DNA from: Selaginella moellendorffii
Lineage: Eukaryota; Plantae; Lycopodiophyta
Assembly (NCBI RefSeq): GCF_000143415.4
Contig: NW_003314541.1
Span: 1-14,285, forward strand
Length of the DNA: 14,285 nt
Direction: 5' to 3'
In this document: positions 1-9,309 of the stretch, one piece after another
Layout: every line of letters begins with the position of its first letter
Numbering within the stretch: the first letter of the stretch is position 1
Notes under the pieces: generated by a model
Databases searched by the model: none
Seen by the model: the letters and a program-made list of their open reading frames with translations, nothing else
Told to the model about the DNA's origin: nothing
Program-made: the position numbers and the translations under genes

Positions 1-424
1 TCTTAATTATAAAAGCAAAGTTACAAAGAACTTTGAATATTTTAAGTGGTTTGTGGGGGATATGGAATGAGAAGATGCTTTCACACTGAGATTGAGACTG
101 CAAATGCTTTCACACTGTTCCCAGGGATGGACGTGGTTAAGTTCCTGGCATTATAGAAATCTCATGAAAACAAAGTTAAAACAACTTTGAATGTTTTCAT
201 TCATCATAAATTGTTTATATGGTTTACTAGTACGAAGCATGAGATGAGACTACAGATGCTTTCACGGATGGACGTGGTTAAGTTCCTGGCATTATGAAAG
301 TCTTATAAAGAAAAGTTACAAACAACTTTGAATATTTTCAGTGGGCATACGGAAAGACAAGATGCTTTCACCCTGTTCCCAGGCTGCTTGAAGGGATGGA
401 CGTGGTTAAGTTCCTGATGCATTG
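1..424. repeat. Degenerate tandem repeat, about 3 copies of a 130-160 bp unit
   Basis: GGATGGACGTGGTTAAGTTCCTG recurs at about 125, 266 and 394. Each copy is preceded by AAAGTTA(C)AAA..ACTTTGAAT.TTTT and GATGCTTTCAC blocks in the same order. Confidence 0.8.
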
Positions 425-879
425 TTCTTATTCTAGAAAAAATGTATTCGACTCTTTTGTACTATGGCTGATTGATTGGACCATAATTCAATACAAGACA
501 GCCTATTGTCATTCACACTTTAATGTTTTGACAAACACATGGACTTGGGTGATTTGTAAATTTTTGCAGTGGGTGAAGTTGGGTGAACTTGATCCACTAG
601 AAGTTGGGTGAAGTGAAATTGGGTTGTGAAGTTCACCATTGCACTTACAAGCATCAAGTCTCAAGGTTCTCTTTCACGCTGGTGTTGTTCTTCCACAGGA
701 AGTATAGGTTCTTCGACACTAGCAAATTCTAGCCCACATCTTCTCCAACACAATCCTCTACTCCAATTATGTCAGGAGGAGCCAGAGGAAGTGGACTTCC
801 ACAATGATGAAGTATTTTATGCAAATACAAATACAAATATAAATACACACTTGCAAACTTTCTTTATTTCTAAGATAAA

Positions 880-1787
880 TAATGAGAATTCAGATGCGGA
901 GCGGTTGTGGTTACAACAGAGGATGGAGCAGCCGAGTGGCTAGGCATAGTAGAACAAAACACCATTCACAGATTGACCAACCCTAAGAGCGGCTTTTCTC
1001 AATCGCCAGCTCCTTTAGCAAGAAAAGGTTGGGTTAGCTATAAAAATAGGTGTTCTTAAGTATTATTGTCAGGGATTGCCATTAGAGATGGAATCTCACA
1101 TGAAAATTCAGAATCCAGCGACTTTGGAGGAAGCAATCCAACACACCTCAAATTGGGAACAACCAAAGCTTTTGATTATGAATAAGCAAGGTATGCATAC
1201 AATGCCTCTCTATAGTGGAGTCTCTGAAGTTTCTAGATCTATAGTAGATTTGAGAGCCTAGGATTGTTTATTTCAGTCTTGAGAACAATGGATTATAGCA
1301 AGCAGCCTATTTTTACAGTGCAACAAATTCTAGTGCAGTCAGTTACTGTTCCAATTGTGCAGCAGCAGCAACCTGTAGTAGCAAGTAAGGATCAGATCAT
1401 GTCATTGAAGGAAGATCTTTTGGGAGCTCTCACCAAGAAAATGGCAAACCTGCAAGTGAATTTTGTGTGGGAAGCAGAGCGCCAGCCCCGAGTTTTGAAG
1501 GAGCATGGTGTGTCAAGTGCAAGGGATACTGAATGTCTTACTCCTGGAAATTTCCGGTCGACGAAGGAAATCCTCCTACTCAAGCTCAATTCTCGGGTGG
1601 GGCTGGAATATTCTGAAAGGACTATTCAGGGCATGGTACATAACCATCATGCTATAGATTATTGGATTATTGTTTGTATTAGAGTTCCATACAAGGAGGA
1701 TTTCTGCCGCAGCTTAGACGATGGCCAATTCTTGCAATTTTGGCCTTCATACCAGGTTATGTTTCTATGCAAAATCCTATGACTAGG
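880..1787 (+). pseudogene. Old decayed retrotransposon gag (5' part), interrupted by element A
   Basis: Broken frames give GLPLEMESHMKIQNPATLEEAIQ (gag GL...P.TL.EAI motif), LTKKMANLQVN, and a zinc-knuckle relic WCVKCKG at 1506-1526. There are many stops and frameshifts. Confidence 0.6.
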
Positions 1788-2147
1788 TGTCAGGAATCCC
1801 CCAATTCTTGCCACATTCCTGACTCTCGCCGGATTCCTAACCTGCAGACCACATTCCTGACTCTCGAGACACTTCCCTATTCCTGACTCTCGAGACACTT
1901 CCTGATTCTTGAGTCTCGAGCCAAATTCCTGATGATGATGTGGCGCCTCCTCGACCTCAGCTATATTTAGGCCGTCCTCGATCCAAGAGTGGTGGAGCTT
2001 CATCAACCTATAGTATATATAGGTTAGCCTTGTTCCATTTCTCCACAATCTGAATCAACACCAGTCTAAGGCTTCTTCTTTGTTTCCATTAGCTTTTCTC
2101 TTTGTCTTTAGCATTTTCTAGTCTTGATCTTGTTGGGGGTCTTGACA
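1788..2147 (+). repeat. 5' LTR of element A
   Basis: Direct repeat of 6974-7333 with 7 substitutions in 360 bp. Imperfect terminal inverted repeat TGTCAGGAATCCCCCAA / TTGGGGGTCTTGACA. Confidence 0.97.
2014..2021 (+). promoter_or_regulatory. Putative LTR TATA box
   Basis: TATATATA lies about 30 nt upstream of the predicted transcript start (~2044), inside the inverted repeat AACCTATA/TATAGGTT (2005-2025). Confidence 0.6.
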
Positions 2148-2149
2148 GT

Positions 2150-2164
2150 TTGACTCAGATTGTG
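2150..2164 (+). promoter_or_regulatory. Self-priming-type primer binding site (not tRNA-complementary)
   Basis: No TGG-type tRNA PBS follows the LTR. TTGACTCAGATTGTG pairs 14/15 with CACAATCTGAATCAA (2044-2058) in the LTR. Confidence 0.75.
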
Positions 2165-2244
2165 TTTTTTGCTTTTCTTTTAGCTCGTTTTGATTATTTG
2201 ATTGCTTTTGTCTTTTTCCCCCTTTCTTTTCTTTCTTCTTGCCA

Positions 2245-3216
2245 ATGGAGTCTCCAAGCCATCCTGATTTCTTTGCCGAAGTCCTTGCAAAAATCCAGTC
2301 TGAGAATACCGAGTTGAAGGCAACCCTTCTTCACATGCAGCAGAAGCTTGCTTCACTTTCGGCTCAAGGATCCAGCAAAGTTCTTGAACCGAAGGTGAGT
2401 TTCCTGGCGAAATTTTCAGGCAAGCGTTCGGAGCTTTGTGGATTTTTGAACCAAATGGAGCTGATCTTTGCACTTCAACATCGGCGGTACCCCACTCTCG
2501 AGTCTCAAATCGGCGCGATTGGGACATTGCTCGAGGGTGCAGCTTTGTCATGGTTTTCTCCTCTTCTGGAGAAGAGCATGAAAGGGGTCGTGGTTCCAGA
2601 GCTGATGGATCTTCAATTGTTCAAAGAGAAGCTCGAAGCATGTTTTGGCGAGACGGATCGGGTTCGGGCTGCTACCACAAAGATGAGACGTCTCTCTCAG
2701 GGGTCTTGTCCTGCCTCGATCTACGCTGCAGAGTTCCAACTCCTTGCCTTGGACACTCAGTGGGATGAGCGGGCCCTGATTGACCAATTTCGTTTCGGCC
2801 TCAACAACGGTGTCAAGGATTTGTTGCTCACCATGGAGGATCCCAAGGACCTGTCGGACGCCATCAACAAAGCTGTTCGATGTGACAATCGTCTCTTTGA
2901 ACGTCGTCAGGAAAGTTGCCGCGCCGCTATTTTTCCGTCCTAGACTCAGGAATCCCAGCTTGAGTCTTCGGGGCATAGTCCTGAACCTACTGCTCCGGTC
3001 CCGATGGATATTTCTGGTACTCCCCGACTCATTAGAGGGAAGTTGAGTCCTGCTGAGAGGCAACGTCGAATATCTCATAATCTTTGCCTCTACTGTGCTG
3101 ATCCTAATCACAAAGCAGCTGTGTGTCCCAGGAAGCCTCCCCGATTGCTCGAGTTCACTTTGCCTCAAAGTCCACCTCTGTTGCAGTCGGGAAACGACCC
3201 TGTCCAAACAGAGTAG
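2245..3216 (+). pseudogene. gag: Gag (capsid plus CCHC nucleocapsid) with an in-frame TAG at 2941-2943
   Basis: Capsid-type motifs KFSG, LLEGAALSWF, LSQGSCPASIYAAEF, FRFGL. The frame continues past the TAG through PVPMDI to the knuckle CLYCADPNHKAAVC and a stop at 3214-3216. Confidence 0.9.
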
Positions 3217-3273
3217 GAGCTGTCTGTTTGGACTCCCCAAATAAAAATCACTTTTCTTCCTTATCAAGCTCTT
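3189..3273 (+). promoter_or_regulatory. Programmed -1 ribosomal frameshift signal
   Basis: G-GGA-AAC (3189-3195) is in the gag frame, followed by a 6-nt spacer and a perfect 11-bp stem (3202-3212/3223-3233). Pol is in the -1 frame. Confidence 0.85.
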
Positions 3274-6200
3274 CACCACCTTTCATCAAAGCCACCACCA
3301 ATTCCCGCAACTTCCGCGTCCCATGTCTCCTTTCTTTCACCGGACAATCAGGACTCAAGGCTTTGGTGCTACTGGACTCGGGTGCAACTTCCTGCTTCAT
3401 GGACACGGACTTTGCTGCCCGACATCACGTTCCTCTTTCTCCTACCATACAGGATCTAAGGGTTGAAGGCATTGGCGGGCATTTTGTGTCTCCATTTTCT
3501 GGACTTAGGGAAACGTTGCCCGTTCGAGTACACATCGGGTCCACCATCACCGATATCGCCTTCAACATCATCAACAGCAAGTCCTCCTCTGTGGTGCTCG
3601 GTCTTCCTTGGTTCCAACTACATCAGCCTCAGATTTGTTGGAAGGACTTACAGCTCATCTCTCCCACATCACCATCTCCCACGGCTTCCCCTGGTGTTCA
3701 TCGAGTCCGAATCAGGAAAAGTTCCCTAAACTCAAGTCGGGGTTCTGTTCCTAACTCTACGAAGTTTTCATCCTCTTCTTTTTCCTCTCTTCCATCTTAC
3801 ACTGGACAGTATCCTCGTCTCATCATTCCATTTAGTCGTACACCTCCTCCTATCTCCACAATCACTATGAAAGAACTCCTTCATGAAGAACCTATTTTCC
3901 TTTTTGCTTTGCATGTTTTTCCTGTCAGTCTTCTTGAGAAGTATCATGATTTTGGGGATGTGTTTGACAAGAAAAAAGCTAGTGTACTGCCTGCTCATCG
4001 GCCTTATGACTGTCCCATTGATTTACAGGAAGGAGCGTCGCCTCCGTGGGGGCCTATCTACGGGTTATCCCCGTCCGAGCTTAAGGCCCTCAAAGAGTAC
4101 GTGGATGAGAACCTTGCCTCGGGGTTCATTCAACATTCGCAGTCCCCGGCTGGCGCGCCTGTCTTCTTTGTCAAGAAGAAGGATGGGAGTTTGCGGCTAG
4201 TCATCGATTACCGAGGTTTGAACAAGGTGACTGTTCGGAACCGTTATCCGCTGCCCCTGATCTCGGACCTGTTGGAACGCCTCGGCGGTGCCCGCTTCTT
4301 CACCAAGATTGACCTCCGTGGCGCATACAACCTGATCCGGATCTGGCCTGGTGATGAATGGAAGACTGCATTCCGAACCCGCTATGGCCACTTCGAGTAC
4401 ACTGTCATGCCATTTGGCTTGACAAATGCTCCCGCAGTTTTCCAACACATGGCGAACGACGTCTTTGGGGAGTTTCTTGATCAGATGGTGATCGTCTACC
4501 TTGATGACATCCTCATCTACTCAAGAACTCAGGAGGAGCACGACGAACATGTACGTAAGGTGCTGGCGAAGCTGCGAGAACACGGCCTATACGCGAAGCT
4601 TGAGAAATGTTCCTTCGATCAGCAGTCTGTGGAGTTCCTTGGGTACATTGTCACTCCTGAAGGTATCACGATGGATCCTGCCAAAGTCAAGACTATTCTC
4701 GAGTGGGAGCCTCCACAATCAATGTCGGACGTTCAGGTTTTCCTTGGCTTCGCCAACTTCTACCGCAAATTCATTGATCACTACTCTGACATTGTCCTTC
4801 CTCTCACGCATCTCACTCGCAAGGATGTTCCCTTCTCTTGGTCTACTGCTGCCCAACATGCCTTCGACACACTCAAGGCAGCCTTCAGTTCTGCTCCCGT
4901 GTTGATCCATGCTGATTCCTCACAACCTTTCTTCATCGAGGCTGACGCCTCCGACTTTGCCATCGGTGCTGTGCTGTCTCAACTCGGAGCGGATCAAGAA
5001 CTTCATCCGGTCGCTTTCCATTCTCGGAAATTCCAGCCTGCGGAGATCAATTACGAAATCCACGACAAGGAGCTCCTTGCCATCGTGGATTCCTTTGGAG
5101 AGTGGCGCCGTTTCTTGGAGGGGGCGGGCCATCAAACAATAGTCTGCATGGATCACAAAAATCTCGAGTACTTTGCCACTTCCCGAGTTTTGAGCCGTTG
5201 TCAAGCAAGGTGGGCACAATTCCTGAGTCGGTTTGACTTTGTTATCAAGTACAGACCTGGAAAGCTTCAAGGCCTTCCTGATGCTCTTTCAAGGCGCTCC
5301 TATCTCAGTCTCAGGCCTGGTAATCCTGTCTTCGATCAACAGGATCAAGTTATCCTCGGTCCTGATCGGCTTCAAGTTATGGCAATTTCCCTGGCCCCTC
5401 AGGACTCCTCCTTGATGGATGCAATCAGAAACGATCTCCAATCTAATGACCTCGCCAGCAATATTTTCACCCATCTTCAGGCTGGACACCCAGTGACTCC
5501 CGACTGCCGGCGATTTGATGAGTTCGAGTTCTTAGATGGCTTATTGTACCGTGTGGAGCAGCTTTACGTTCCTGAAGGTGATGCTCGAAGGTTGGTCCTG
5601 ATGGCGTGCCACGATAGCCCGACTGCTGGTCATTTTGGCATTGCGAAAACCTATGAGCTAGTTGGACGGGACTTTTGGTGGCCTCACATGGATGACTACA
5701 TCAAAGCTTTTGTTACCTCCTGTGACACTTGTGCTCGGAATAAGGTACCTCGCCACCTTCCTTCAGGTTTGCTTCGTTCCCTCCCGGTCCCTTCAGGTCC
5801 TTGGGAATCCATCTCCATGGATTTCTTGAGTGATCTTCCGAGTTCTGGAGGCTTCAACAGTATTTTAGTCGTGGTGGATCGCTTCACAAAGATGGCGCAC
5901 TTCTTGCCATGTACCAAGGAATTTTCGGGCGAGGACATGGCAAAACTGGTATTCAGGGAAATTTTCCGACTTCATGGGATTCCTACAGATGTGGTTTCGG
6001 ATCGGGGGCCTCAGTTCATCTCTCATTTCTGGCAACGGTTTTTGCAGCTGCTTGGAGTGAAGGCCAACCTCTCTTCGGCATATCATCCTCAAACTGATGG
6101 ACAGTCCGAGCGAACGATTCAGACGCTGGAACAATTCTTGAGGTGCTTCATCAACTATCATCAGGATAACTGGTTCGATATCCTTCCCCTTGCTGAGTTC

Positions 6201-6767
6201 TCCTATAACAACTCTGTTCACTCCTCTCTTCGAGTTTCCCCCTTCTTTGCGAACTCTGGCCGAAATCCCCGATTCAATCTCTCACTTCCTTCTCCATCTG
6301 AATCCTCTCGTTCAAATCCCCGCTCTGAGGCATTTATCTCCAACCTTCAGGAAATCCACAACTCCATCTCCTTCCACCTCCATCGTGCTCAGGAATCTCA
6401 CAAAACATTTGCCAATATCCATCGTCAGGATTGTCCCCCTTACAATATCGGGGATAAAGTCTGGCTCCTCAGGCGAAATATCTCCACCACCAGGCCCTGT
6501 CCAAAACTCGATTTCAAACGCCTCGGTCCTTTTCCTATCACTGCCATCATTAATCCCGTCACTTATCGCCTTGCACTTCCCTCCTCATATCAAATTCACC
6601 CCGTTTTTCACTCCTCTCTCCTTGAGCCTTATATTCCCAGTCCTATTCCAAATCGGGTCATTCCTCCGCCTCCACCAGTGCAGCTCGAGGATGGGTCTGA
6701 GTACGAGGTTCAGGACATCCTTGATTCCAAGATTTCACGGTCTAAACTCTACTATCTGGTCGACTAG
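3189..6767 (+). CDS. pol: Pol polyprotein (protease, RT, RNase H, integrase, chromodomain), truncated in the chromodomain; ancestral stop at 6960-6962
   Basis: LLDSGATSCF (D at 3375), VIDYRGLN, VMPFGLTNAP, YLDD (4497-4508), EADASDFAIGAVL, HDSPTAGH...CDTC, SMDF/SDRG/SER integrase core, GPF motif, then YEVQDILD...[16 protein letters not shown]. Confidence 0.95.
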   Translation, partial: GKRPCPNRVGAVCLDSPNKNHFSSLSSSSPPFIKATTNSRNFRVPCLLSFTGQSGLKALVLLDSGATSCFMDTDFAARHHVPLSPTIQDLRVEGIGGHFVSPFSGLRETLPVRVHIGSTITDIAFNIINSKSSSVVLGLPWFQLHQPQICWKDLQLISPTSPSPTASPGVHRVRIRKSSLNSSRGSVPNSTKFSSSSFSSLPSYTGQYPRLIIPFSRTPPPISTITMKELLHEEPIFLFALHVFPVSLLEKYHDFGDVFDKKKASVLPAHRPYDCPIDLQEGASPPWGPIYGLSPSELKALKEYVDENLASGFIQHSQSPAGAPVFFVKKKDGSLRLVIDYRGLNKVTVRNRYPLPLISDLLERLGGARFFTKIDLRGAYNLIRIWPGDEWKTAFRTRYGHFEYTVMPFGLTNAPAVFQHMANDVFGEFLDQMVIVYLDDILIYSRTQEEHDEHVRKVLAKLREHGLYAKLEKCSFDQQSVEFLGYIVTPEGITMDPAKVKTILEWEPPQSMSDVQVFLGFANFYRKFIDHYSDIVLPLTHLTRKDVPFSWSTAAQHAFDTLKAAFSSAPVLIHADSSQPFFIEADASDFAIGAVLSQLGADQELHPVAFHSRKFQPAEINYEIHDKELLAIVDSFGEWRRFLEGAGHQTIVCMDHKNLEYFATSRVLSRCQARWAQFLSRFDFVIKYRPGKLQGLPDALSRRSYLSLRPGNPVFDQQDQVILGPDRLQVMAISLAPQDSSLMDAIRNDLQSNDLASNIFTHLQAGHPVTPDCRRFDEFEFLDGLLYRVEQLYVPEGDARRLVLMACHDSPTAGHFGIAKTYELVGRDFWWPHMDDYIKAFVTSCDTCARNKVPRHLPSGLLRSLPVPSGPWESISMDFLSDLPSSGGFNSILVVVDRFTKMAHFLPCTKEFSGEDMAKLVFREIFRLHGIPTDVVSDRGPQFISHFWQRFLQLLGVKANLSSAYHPQTDGQSERTIQTLEQFLRCFINYHQDNWFDILPLAEFSYNNSVHSSLRVSPFFANSGRNPRFNLSLPSPSESSRSNPRSEAFISNLQEIHNSISFHLHRAQESHKTFANIHRQDCPPYNIGDKVWLLRRNISTTRPCPKLDFKRLGPFPITAIINPVTYRLALPSSYQIHPVFHSSLLEPYIPSPIPNRVIPPPPPVQLEDGSEYEVQDILDSKISRSKLYYLVD

Positions 6768-6860
6768 AAGGGTTACGGACCTGAGGAACGCACTTGGGAA
6801 CCTGCGGACAACCTGATTCATTCTCCTGACCTTGTTCAGGACTTCCACCGCCGCTATCCT
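6702..6860 (+). other. Group I chromodomain-coding segment with TGG>TAG at the conserved Trp (6765-6767)
   Basis: [48 protein letters not shown] matches the chromodomain consensus YxVExI...YLVKWKGY...TWEP..NL. Confidence 0.9.
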
Positions 6861-6960
6861 TCTCGTCCCAGTCCTCATTCTTTTTCTCCATCTCCCATTC
6901 CTCGCCGCTCATCTCATCCTCCTCTTCGTTCTCGTTCACATCCTCGTTCCACTTGTTCTT

Positions 6961-6970
6961 GAGGAGGGGG
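6961..6970 (+). promoter_or_regulatory. Polypurine tract
   Basis: GAGGAGGGGG ends 3 nt before the 3' LTR. Confidence 0.9.
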
Positions 6971-6973
6971 TGC

Positions 6974-7333
6974 TGTCAGGAATCCCCCAATTCTTGCCAC
7001 ATTCCTGACTCTCGCCGGATTCCTGACCTGCAGACCACATTCCTGACTCTCGAGACACTTCCCTATTCCTGACTCTCGAGACACTTCCCGATTCTTGAGT
7101 CTCGAGCCATATTCCTGATGATGATGTGGCGCCTCCTCGACCTCAGCTATATTTAGGCTGTCCTCGATCCAAGAGTGGTGGAGCTTCATCAACCTATAGT
7201 ATATATAGGTTAGCCTTGTTCCATTTCTCCACAATCTGAATCAACACCAGTCTAAGGCCTCTTCTTTGTTTCCACTAGTTTTTCTCTTTGTCTTTAGCAT
7301 TTTCTAGTCTTGATCTTGTTGGGGGTCTTGACA
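6974..7333 (+). repeat. 3' LTR of element A
   Basis: Copy of 1788-2147, followed by the TSD CTAGG. Confidence 0.97.
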
Positions 7334-7338
7334 CTAGG

Positions 7339-7430
7339 TTACTTGGAATTTATGTTGTGGCTGTAGACACAACTTGTACAATGCTATAATTGTCACAAGT
7401 GCAGACATATATCCACAAATTATCTACATC
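7339..7430 (+). pseudogene. Continuation of the old gag: zinc-knuckle relic
   Basis: 7382-7423 translates CYNCHKCRHISTNY, which is CX2CX4HX4(C>Y). Confidence 0.6.
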
Positions 7431-7627
7431 ATTAACAACAAGTTGGCTATCAACTAATTTATGGAATTTACAACACTAAAGGGGTCATAACTTGATTGTG
7501 GGCCCTTTCCCTAACAATCTTCCTCTTACTAGGGAATGATTGTCCTTGATTATACTTAGGCCACCATCTGGTCACTATTCCTTTTGGGTCTACCAACCTT
7601 GGTTCTCCCTCTAGATCCACCATGCCC

Positions 7628-7810
7628 TAGGGGGGCTCTGGGGGGTTTCAAAAGTATAGTAGGGATAGTGTGTGAGTTGGAGGAGTCGGGTAGTTGAGGT
7701 CAGGTTGGGGCTGGATCCAGGTGGGCATATGCTATGTACGGTTCTGCCATATATGTGCGAGCTCAGCCACAAGGGCTCCCCTGCCTTGGCTGCTTGATTC
7801 CTAGTAAAGC
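7628..7810 (+). repeat. LTR fragment related to the B and C LTRs
   Basis: A G-run plus CAAAAGTATAGTAGGGATAGTG (7649-7670), identical to 8529-8550. Boundaries are approximate. Confidence 0.55.
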
Positions 7811-7812
7811 TC

Positions 7813-8185
7813 GCAATGGGTGTAGTATGATCAAATAAATGATTCATGAACCAACTAAGGTATTACATCTTGCTAAAGAACTATTACATATCATTCATGC
7901 ATTTTGGTCTAGGAAACTTTAGCACTGCCTCAAACAAAATGTAATACCTAAAATAAGTGGTGTCCTTAGAACCAAACACATATTTAAACTGCTTCAGCTT
8001 CAAGCCAATCTTTCGCAACTAATCCAACACCTTGCACACATCACCAACATGTTCCTCCCATGTCCCATTTGAATAGATCAAAACATCATTAATGAAGTTG
8101 GTAGTCACCTCCAGCAGATTGCAAAGAACCTCATCTATCATCTAGTGAAATATTGCTAGAGCATTGTTCAAACAAAATGGCATGA
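7813..8185 (-). pseudogene. Decayed Ty3/gypsy reverse transcriptase fragment
   Basis: The minus strand reads MPFCLNNALAIFH*MIDEVL...FINDVLIYSNGTWEEHVGDVCKVLD*LRKIGLKLKQFKYVFG...AVLKFPRP, i.e. relics of MPFGL-NAP and xxDD with stops. Confidence 0.85.
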
Positions 8186-9250
8186 TGTAAGGAACCAACT
8201 CCCCGAGATGTCGTAGGCTAAAGGATCCCCAAAAGCATGACCGAAATGACAAAGAGTTCATTGAATGGGACCGCAAGTCTGAGATCGAGTCCAAGACCGA
8301 CTCTGAGATCGAGTTCGAGATAGAGTCCGGGATCGAGTCCGAGGCCAACTCGGAGACTGAGTTCGAGATAGAGTCCGAGATCCGAGATCGGGTCCGAAAC
8401 CGAGTCCGAAGTCGAGTCCGAGATTGGGTCCGAGATCGAGTCTAAGACCGAGCCCGAATACTAATACAGGTCAAGGGGTGAAAGCCCAAAGCGTGTGTCT
8501 CCCGCGGGGGGGGGGGCTGCAGGGGTTCCAAAAGTATAGTAGGGATAGTGAGGTCTAGGAATCAGTCTTGATGGAACTCTCTAATAGTGCTTCCAAACTG
8601 ACTTGAGGTTGAGACTGGGGCCAAGGGGCCTTGGGTGGGAGTGAGCATGGATTCGAGTGGTGCCAGAAGGGCCACTCAAGGAAGTGCTCAAGAGCAGCTC
8701 CCACTCCCGAAAGGGAAACCGATTGCAGTGCTCCTGGCTCATGTGGAGTGGTGCCCCTCTTGAGTACCTTGTGGCTCATTGGTCCTCACCCTTCCTAAGG
8801 GCTTGGGCCTTCCCTTCGGGATAGAAGTGGGGGGGTAGAGGTACCCATACCGGGCCGATAGGCCACGGTGTTTCGCCCTGGTGTCCCAAAGCAAGTGTTG
8901 CACCCAAGGCTTGGGATTTAGAGGGTCCCATGATCAAGTCTTGTTGTACCAAGGGATGTTAGGAACCTGGAGGCTTGGCGTGCTTAGTTGCTTGTGCCTG
9001 CGGGGAGTGTAGCCGAACTTTAAGTCCAGTCTAACCTGGGGAGGGGGATTGGGAGAGATTTGGGAATCCGTGGATGGATGGCTAACACTTCGTTGCTCGT
9101 GCAGTGAGTAGCTGAAATTAAGTAGGACCAAGTAGGAGTTGGTACAATAGGTGGGAACCTTGGCGAGGGAACTTAGTAAAAGCCAAGGCAACGTTGGTTA
9201 GATAGACGAGGTAAGCTGGCAAATTGGAAAAGAAAAATTTGTGGCTTACA
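8186..9250 (+). repeat. 5' LTR of element B (1065 bp)
   Basis: TGTAAG...CTTACA perfect terminal inverted repeat. It starts exactly where the RT relic is cut and is followed by a PBS. Predicted left TSD is CATGA (8181-8185). Confidence 0.8.
8276..8457. repeat. 12-bp (2x6) minisatellite, GAGTCCGAGATC-like, in LTR B
   Basis: Alternating GAGTCC / GAGATC / GAGACC hexamers. Confidence 0.9.
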
Positions 9251-9253
9251 ATT

Positions 9254-9266
9254 TGGTATCGGAGCC
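9254..9266 (+). promoter_or_regulatory. tRNA-iMet PBS of element B
   Basis: TGGTATCGGAGCC versus the canonical plant TGGTATCAGAGCC, 3 nt after the LTR end. Confidence 0.85.
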
Positions 9267-9309
9267 TTTTCCTCAGTTCTAGCGAAGGATAGAGGCGGAT
9301 TGCTGGGAG

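Larger units (their letters stand above)
1788..7333 (+). mobile_element. Full-length Ty3/gypsy chromovirus LTR retrotransposon, Tcn1/Tf1-sushi-like (element A)
   Basis: Two 360-bp TGTCA...TGACA LTRs, 5-bp TSD CTAGG (1783-1787 and 7334-7338), gag, pol in the order PR-RT-RH-IN-chromodomain, and a PPT. The clade is inferred from architecture, not from a phylogeny. Confidence 0.97.

Noticed and set aside
125-416. CRISPR-like spacing of a 23-bp repeat
   Set aside because: The intervening sequences are homologous to each other and over 100 bp long, there are no cas genes, and the context is eukaryotic.
672-692. Possible LTR end plus decayed PBS (TTCA-CGC-TGGTGTTGTT) for the old gag
   Set aside because: It needs several assumed mutations and no partner LTR is visible.
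1659-2048. Antisense 129-aa ORF and its 106-aa twin at 6914-7234
   Set aside because: They are duplicated only because they lie in the LTRs. They run out into unrelated flanks and show no recognisable domain.
3123-3188. GTG start of the 1214-aa ORF
   Set aside because: Pol is better explained by a -1 frameshift at 3189-3195.
2180-6816. Short alternative-frame and antisense ORFs overlapping gag-pol
   Set aside because: They are shadow ORFs of the coding sequence with no motifs.
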